Below are positions 42,614 through 46,006 of a stretch of DNA of 46,006 nt, piece after piece (within the stretch, counting starts at the first letter, position 1; every line of letters begins with the position of its first letter). The DNA is from Dehalococcoidia bacterium (lineage in GTDB: Bacteria > Chloroflexota > Dehalococcoidia > Lucifugimonadales > UBA3495): positions 1 through 46,006 of the forward strand of contig CAVOAA010000002.1 in the NCBI GenBank assembly GCA_963693555.1, in the 5' to 3' direction. Both the position numbers and the translations under genes were made by a program. The notes under the pieces are model-generated. The model made no database searches, was not told where the DNA came from, and worked only from the letters and a program-made list of their open reading frames with translations.

Positions 42614-42873
42614 ATGATGAGGGGGAGCCAAGGCGGGGAGCCTTGGCGGAGATATTGTATCACTCGCGCCTGTGTGAGGGCACGGGTGAACTGAATTTTT
42701 CTGCGATTCTGCTATCAGCCAGATACACCACCAAATAGAAAACCATCTCCGGCCACTGTAAGCCAATCGCGCCCTTCTCACGCCCATGAAAACCCGGCTG
42801 CGCCGGTTGCGGATAGATGTTTGTTTATGGTACTTTTGCCGACGTAAACCAACGCTATTATTGGAGATGAGAG

Positions 42874-43377
42874 ATGGGTTTCACACCGAGCTACCTGGGT
42901 CATATCAACATTTATGTTCGAAACGCTGAGGCTTCGCGCCAGTGGTACGAGGACGTTTTAGGTCTGCACACCTACGACTTCCTGGCTGGGCGAGCGGCAT
43001 TCATGTCGGCCAACTTGGACGAGTCCCACGAGATCGCGCTGATGGAAGTCGGCGACGACGCCGACGGCCCCCACAAGGGTCAGGTGGGCTTGAACCACAT
43101 GGCCTGGCGCTTCGATTCCCTGGACAACCTGGCCGATTTCTACAACAACCTGAACGACAAGGGCGTAGAGATCAAGCGGGTCTCCAACCACGGCCTGTCC
43201 CTGGGCATCTACTTCACCGACCCCGACGGCAACGGCATCGAGTGCTATTACGAAACGCCGCGGACCGAGTGGTATCGCCAGGAAAAGCTCTTCATGCACG
43301 GCGACCGCCCCATGGTCGAGTTCCCCGGCCCCTGGGAGAAAGACCTGGTCCCCGACGGCGTGTCAGCCAAGAGCTAA
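42874..43377 (+). CDS. VOC (glyoxalase/bleomycin-resistance/extradiol dioxygenase) family protein
   Basis: The product contains LGHINIYVRNAEASRQWYEDVLGL...HEIALMEV...GLNHMAWRF...HGLSLGIYFTDPDGNGIECYYE. A GGAG lies 7 nt upstream. Confidence 0.8.
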   Translation: MGFTPSYLGHINIYVRNAEASRQWYEDVLGLHTYDFLAGRAAFMSANLDESHEIALMEVGDDADGPHKGQVGLNHMAWRFDSLDNLADFYNNLNDKGVEIKRVSNHGLSLGIYFTDPDGNGIECYYETPRTEWYRQEKLFMHGDRPMVEFPGPWEKDLVPDGVSAKS

Positions 43378-43398
43378 CCCTCTAACCAACCAGTGAAC

Positions 43399-43434
43399 AA
43401 AAAGGGCGTCCCGAATCATCGGGACGCCCTTTTT
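43399..43434. terminator. Bidirectional rho-independent terminator
   Basis: The sequence aaaaagggcgtcccga-atca-tcgggacgcccttttt lies between the convergent VOC and ridA genes. Confidence 0.8.
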
Positions 43435-43470
43435 AATTAGCTGAGAGCCGAAGGTCCCGATAAATCTGGA

Positions 43471-43866
43471 CTAGCTAGTGACCGCTATCGCCTCGATCTC
43501 GACCAGCATGTCCTCGTGGACCAGCGCTTTAACCTCGACCATGGTGCTGGCCGGATAGCCACTGGTGAAGAACTCGGCCCGCACTTTATGGATGTCGGCG
43601 AACTGCTTCTTCAGGTTGGTTACGAACACCGTAACCTTCACCACGTCGTCCATGGTGGCCCCAGATTCGGCCAGGACCGACTGCATGTTCTGCAGCACCT
43701 TGCGGGTTTGAGCGGCGACGTCGCCAACTCCAACAACACTGCCGTCCAAGTCGCGCGCCACCTGACCGGAAACGAACACCATCTTGCCGGCCGGTACCTC
43801 CACTCCCTGGGACATTATCCCGCCGGGCGCAGACACCTTGGAACTCTGAAGGATCCTCTTAGCCAT
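43471..43866 (-). CDS. ridA: RidA (YjgF/Rid) family reactive-intermediate deaminase
   Basis: The 131-aa product reads VFVSGQVARD...AQTRKVLQNMQSVLAESGATMDDVVKVTVFV...FFTSGYPASTMVEVKALVHEDMLVEIEAIA. A GGGAGG ribosome-binding site is present. Confidence 0.9.
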   Translation of the reverse strand: MAKRILQSSKVSAPGGIMSQGVEVPAGKMVFVSGQVARDLDGSVVGVGDVAAQTRKVLQNMQSVLAESGATMDDVVKVTVFVTNLKKQFADIHKVRAEFFTSGYPASTMVEVKALVHEDMLVEIEAIAVTS

Positions 43867-43902
43867 GAGTGACCTCCCGATAGTTAATTTTTGGCTGGCT
43901 GC

Positions 43903-44220
43903 CTACCGCCAGTTGGCGTCAGTCGGATACAGGTTCTTGCTGCCACGGGCCGAACCCTTGATGCCCTCAACTCGCCACTTATCGGCGGCGGCCTTGAAGA
44001 CCTGGAAATGGGGCGCCTCAAGGTGGGCCTGGAAGGCAGCTTCGTCTTTGTAGACCTCATATAGCCAAATACGGTGGTCGTCGTCAGCGTCCTCGACCGC
44101 GTCAAAACGCAGGCAGCCCGGCTCGTCTTCGTTAGCGCCCTTGGCGTCCACCATCAACGCTTCCAGGAACTCGTCCCGGTGTCCTTGTTCGATCTGGATG
44201 GGCACGATCACTACATACAT
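43903..44220 (-). CDS. Antibiotic-biosynthesis-monooxygenase (ABM) domain protein / putative quinol monooxygenase
   Basis: The 105-aa product reads EPGCLRFDAVEDADDDHRIWLYEVYKDEAAFQAHLEAPHF. A GGAG lies 8 nt upstream. Confidence 0.8.
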   Translation of the reverse strand: MYVVIVPIQIEQGHRDEFLEALMVDAKGANEDEPGCLRFDAVEDADDDHRIWLYEVYKDEAAFQAHLEAPHFQVFKAAADKWRVEGIKGSARGSKNLYPTDANWR

Positions 44221-44378
44221 ATATTCATCTCCAACCGCTGATTGCCCCTGATGGGCTCTCTGGGCAGGCGAATGTTACCCCCTTTGACCCTGTGAGGCAA
44301 CGGCCGCCGGGCATGGTAATATCTCACCGTTCCCCAGCGATAATAGAGTGCCAAAACTCGCTTCACAGAGGTTAGACA

Positions 44379-45833
44379 ATGCCAGCCAGAACCGGAGCGG
44401 AATACATCAAAGGCCTCCAAGACAATCCGCCGGAGGTCTACCTCAACGGCAAGAAGGTCAAGGACGTCACAACCCACCCCGGACTCAGCAACGGCGTGCA
44501 TACGATGGCCAAGCTGCTGGACATGCAGCACGACGCCAAGCTGCGTGACGAGATGACCTACGAGTCGCCCACCACCGGAGACCGGGTCGGCCTGTCATTC
44601 CTAACCCCGCGTACCCACGAGGACCTGGAACGCCGCCGCGTGATGATGCACCACTGGGCCAAGACCACCTGCGGCATGATGGGCCGCAGCCCCGATTTCA
44701 TGAACGTAAACATGATGGCCATGGCCGCCGCCGGAGACTACTTCGCCCAGAACCGGCCCGAGTTCAAACAGAACATCCAGAACTACTACGAGCACGTGCG
44801 GGAGAACGACCTGGTCCTGACCCACACCCTGTTGAACCTGCAGCGCAACCGGGCGCCGGGAGCGACTCCTCTGGAAGACCGCACCGATATCGCCCTCTCG
44901 GTGATCAAAGAGACCGACGCTGGAATAATCGTCCATGGCGCGCGGGTGCTGGCCACCCTGGCGCCCCTGTCCGACGAGATCGCCCTCTACCCGACCGCGT
45001 CGCACATGCTGCCTGGCAACGCACCCAGTCCCACGTCGTTCGCCTTCGCCATCCCCAGCAATACCCCCGGCCTAAAGTACCAATGCCGGGAGAGCTTCGA
45101 CCTCAGCCGTTCCCACTTCGACCACCCCCTCGGCTCACGGTTCGAGGAGATGGACGCCGTGGCCTTCTTCGACAACGTATTCGTGCCCTGGGAGCGGGTA
45201 TTCCTGCTCGGCGACGTTGCGCTCTGCAATAACATGCAGATGGCCACCAACCGGCACGTCCACGCCGGCCAACAGGTTGTCACCAGGAACCTGGCCAAGT
45301 GCGAGTTCGTGCTGGGGCTGGCCAACCTCATGACCGAGACCCTTGGCTCCAGTGACTCGGCCCAGGTCCAGACCCTGATGGCAGAGATCATCGAGAACCT
45401 TGAGGTCACCAAGTCCTGCCTGCGGGCGGCGGAAGTCGACGCCAAGATCGACCAATGGGGCGTGATGGCGCCCTCCGAATTGCCCTTGCAGGTGGCCCGC
45501 AACATGTTCATCCGCATGTATCCCCGGATGGGCGAGATACTGCACCTACTGGGCTCCAGCAGCCTCATGGCCCTTCCTTCGGAAGCCGACATGGACGGGC
45601 CGCTGGCCGACGACATCAGCCGCTACCTGGAGACCGACACCTCGTCAGCCCGAGACCGGGTCCAGCTATTCCGGCTGGCTTGGGACGTCAGCTGTAGCGC
45701 TTTCGGGGCACGTCAGATACTCTACGAGCGGTTCTTTCAGGCCGACTCGGTACGCAATGCCGTGATCCTGTACAACATGACCGACCGGGAATCCGCCAGC
45801 AGCGCGGTGCGGGAGTTCTTAGCCCAAGAATAG
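44379..45833 (+). CDS. 4-hydroxyphenylacetate 3-monooxygenase oxygenase-component family (HpaB-like) flavin monooxygenase
   Basis: The 484-aa product has the N-terminus MPARTGAEYIKGLQDNPPEVYLNGKKVKDVTTHPGL typical of the HpaB family, and the length is typical too. No flavin-reductase partner is visible in the window. Confidence 0.85.
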   Translation: MPARTGAEYIKGLQDNPPEVYLNGKKVKDVTTHPGLSNGVHTMAKLLDMQHDAKLRDEMTYESPTTGDRVGLSFLTPRTHEDLERRRVMMHHWAKTTCGMMGRSPDFMNVNMMAMAAAGDYFAQNRPEFKQNIQNYYEHVRENDLVLTHTLLNLQRNRAPGATPLEDRTDIALSVIKETDAGIIVHGARVLATLAPLSDEIALYPTASHMLPGNAPSPTSFAFAIPSNTPGLKYQCRESFDLSRSHFDHPLGSRFEEMDAVAFFDNVFVPWERVFLLGDVALCNNMQMATNRHVHAGQQVVTRNLAKCEFVLGLANLMTETLGSSDSAQVQTLMAEIIENLEVTKSCLRAAEVDAKIDQWGVMAPSELPLQVARNMFIRMYPRMGEILHLLGSSSLMALPSEADMDGPLADDISRYLETDTSSARDRVQLFRLAWDVSCSAFGARQILYERFFQADSVRNAVILYNMTDRESASSAVREFLAQE

Positions 45834-45893
45834 ATCCGCCCGAAAAATTACATGTAAAATCCACACGGAATATCACTCGAAAGGGGAGTCCAT

Positions 45894-46006
45894 ATGCCAG
45901 ATCCAAGGGTTGTCAGAAGAGAAGAAGTGGAAAACCTACAGCGCGCGCCGGGAGTCAGCGTGGCCAGCAGCATAACCAAAGAGGTCGGCGCCACCGAGAT
46001 ATCCAG
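45894..46006 (+). CDS. 5' end of a CDS running off the window (possibly a cupin-fold protein)
   Basis: An ATG at 45894 is preceded by an AGGGGAG ribosome-binding site. The translation is MPDPRVVRREEVENLQRAPGVSVASSITKEVGATEIS.... The function guess is weak. Confidence 0.45.
   Translation, partial: MPDPRVVRREEVENLQRAPGVSVASSITKEVGATEIS

Noticed and set aside
42512-42787. A 91-aa ORF covering the tRNA-Lys locus.
   Set aside because: It is fully explained by the tRNA gene and its flanks. The segment ...AQLVERRTFNPGVASSSLA... is the well-known artefact of translating a tRNA.
42463-42873. An integrated element at tRNA-Lys, meaning an attL/attR repeat of the tRNA 3' end or an integrase.
   Set aside because: I found no second copy of the tRNA 3' segment and no integrase or recombinase ORF anywhere in the window. 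The flanking genes (MOSC, VOC) have normal high-GC composition.
42786-42929. A 47-aa Arg-rich ORF (MKTRLRRLRIDVCLWYFCRRK...) upstream of, and overlapping, the VOC gene.
   Set aside because: It has no ribosome-binding site, overlaps the well-supported VOC start in another frame, and has a junk-like composition.

Overview
A high-GC bacterial chromosomal segment, densely coded on both strands. GTG and TTG starts are common, and GGAGG-type ribosome-binding sites let me refine several ORF-track starts. The content is mostly housekeeping and catabolic: leuB, metF, acpS, nnr, rsmG, ridA, a DEAD-box helicase, one tRNA-Lys(UUU), a glcDEF glycolate oxidase operon, and many flavin/F420-type oxidoreductases (two luciferase-like monooxygenases, a PPOX-class enzyme, two acyl-CoA-dehydrogenase-fold proteins, HpaB, ABM). 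It also encodes enoyl-CoA hydratase, a ThDP enzyme, and several lipobox-bearing surface proteins with low-complexity linkers. This gene mix, with no outer-membrane genes seen, would fit a Chloroflexota/SAR202-like marine heterotroph, but that is only an inference. I found no CRISPR array, transposase, integrase, reverse transcriptase or recognisable defence or toxin module, so I cannot point to a clear new multi-gene system. The items most worth a second look are: (1) an in-frame TGA in the active-site loop of a rhodanese domain fused to a Na+/H+ antiporter, with the rest of the domain intact downstream, which is either a selenocysteine candidate or a fresh nonsense mutation. (2) A roughly 1015-aa LuxR/LAL-type regulator broken by one TAA and one homopolymer frameshift. 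(3) A low-GC islet holding a 53-aa zinc-ribbon ORF missed by the ORF track and a tightly linked 189-aa orphan, preceded by six phased TAAAAAACC A-tracts. (4) An orphan JAMM/MPN protein next to a zinc-ribbon peptide and a large HExxH lipoprotein. (5) A divergent cluster of surface proteins (FG-GAP and beta-propeller types). All functional calls come from reading motifs in the translations; no database search was run.
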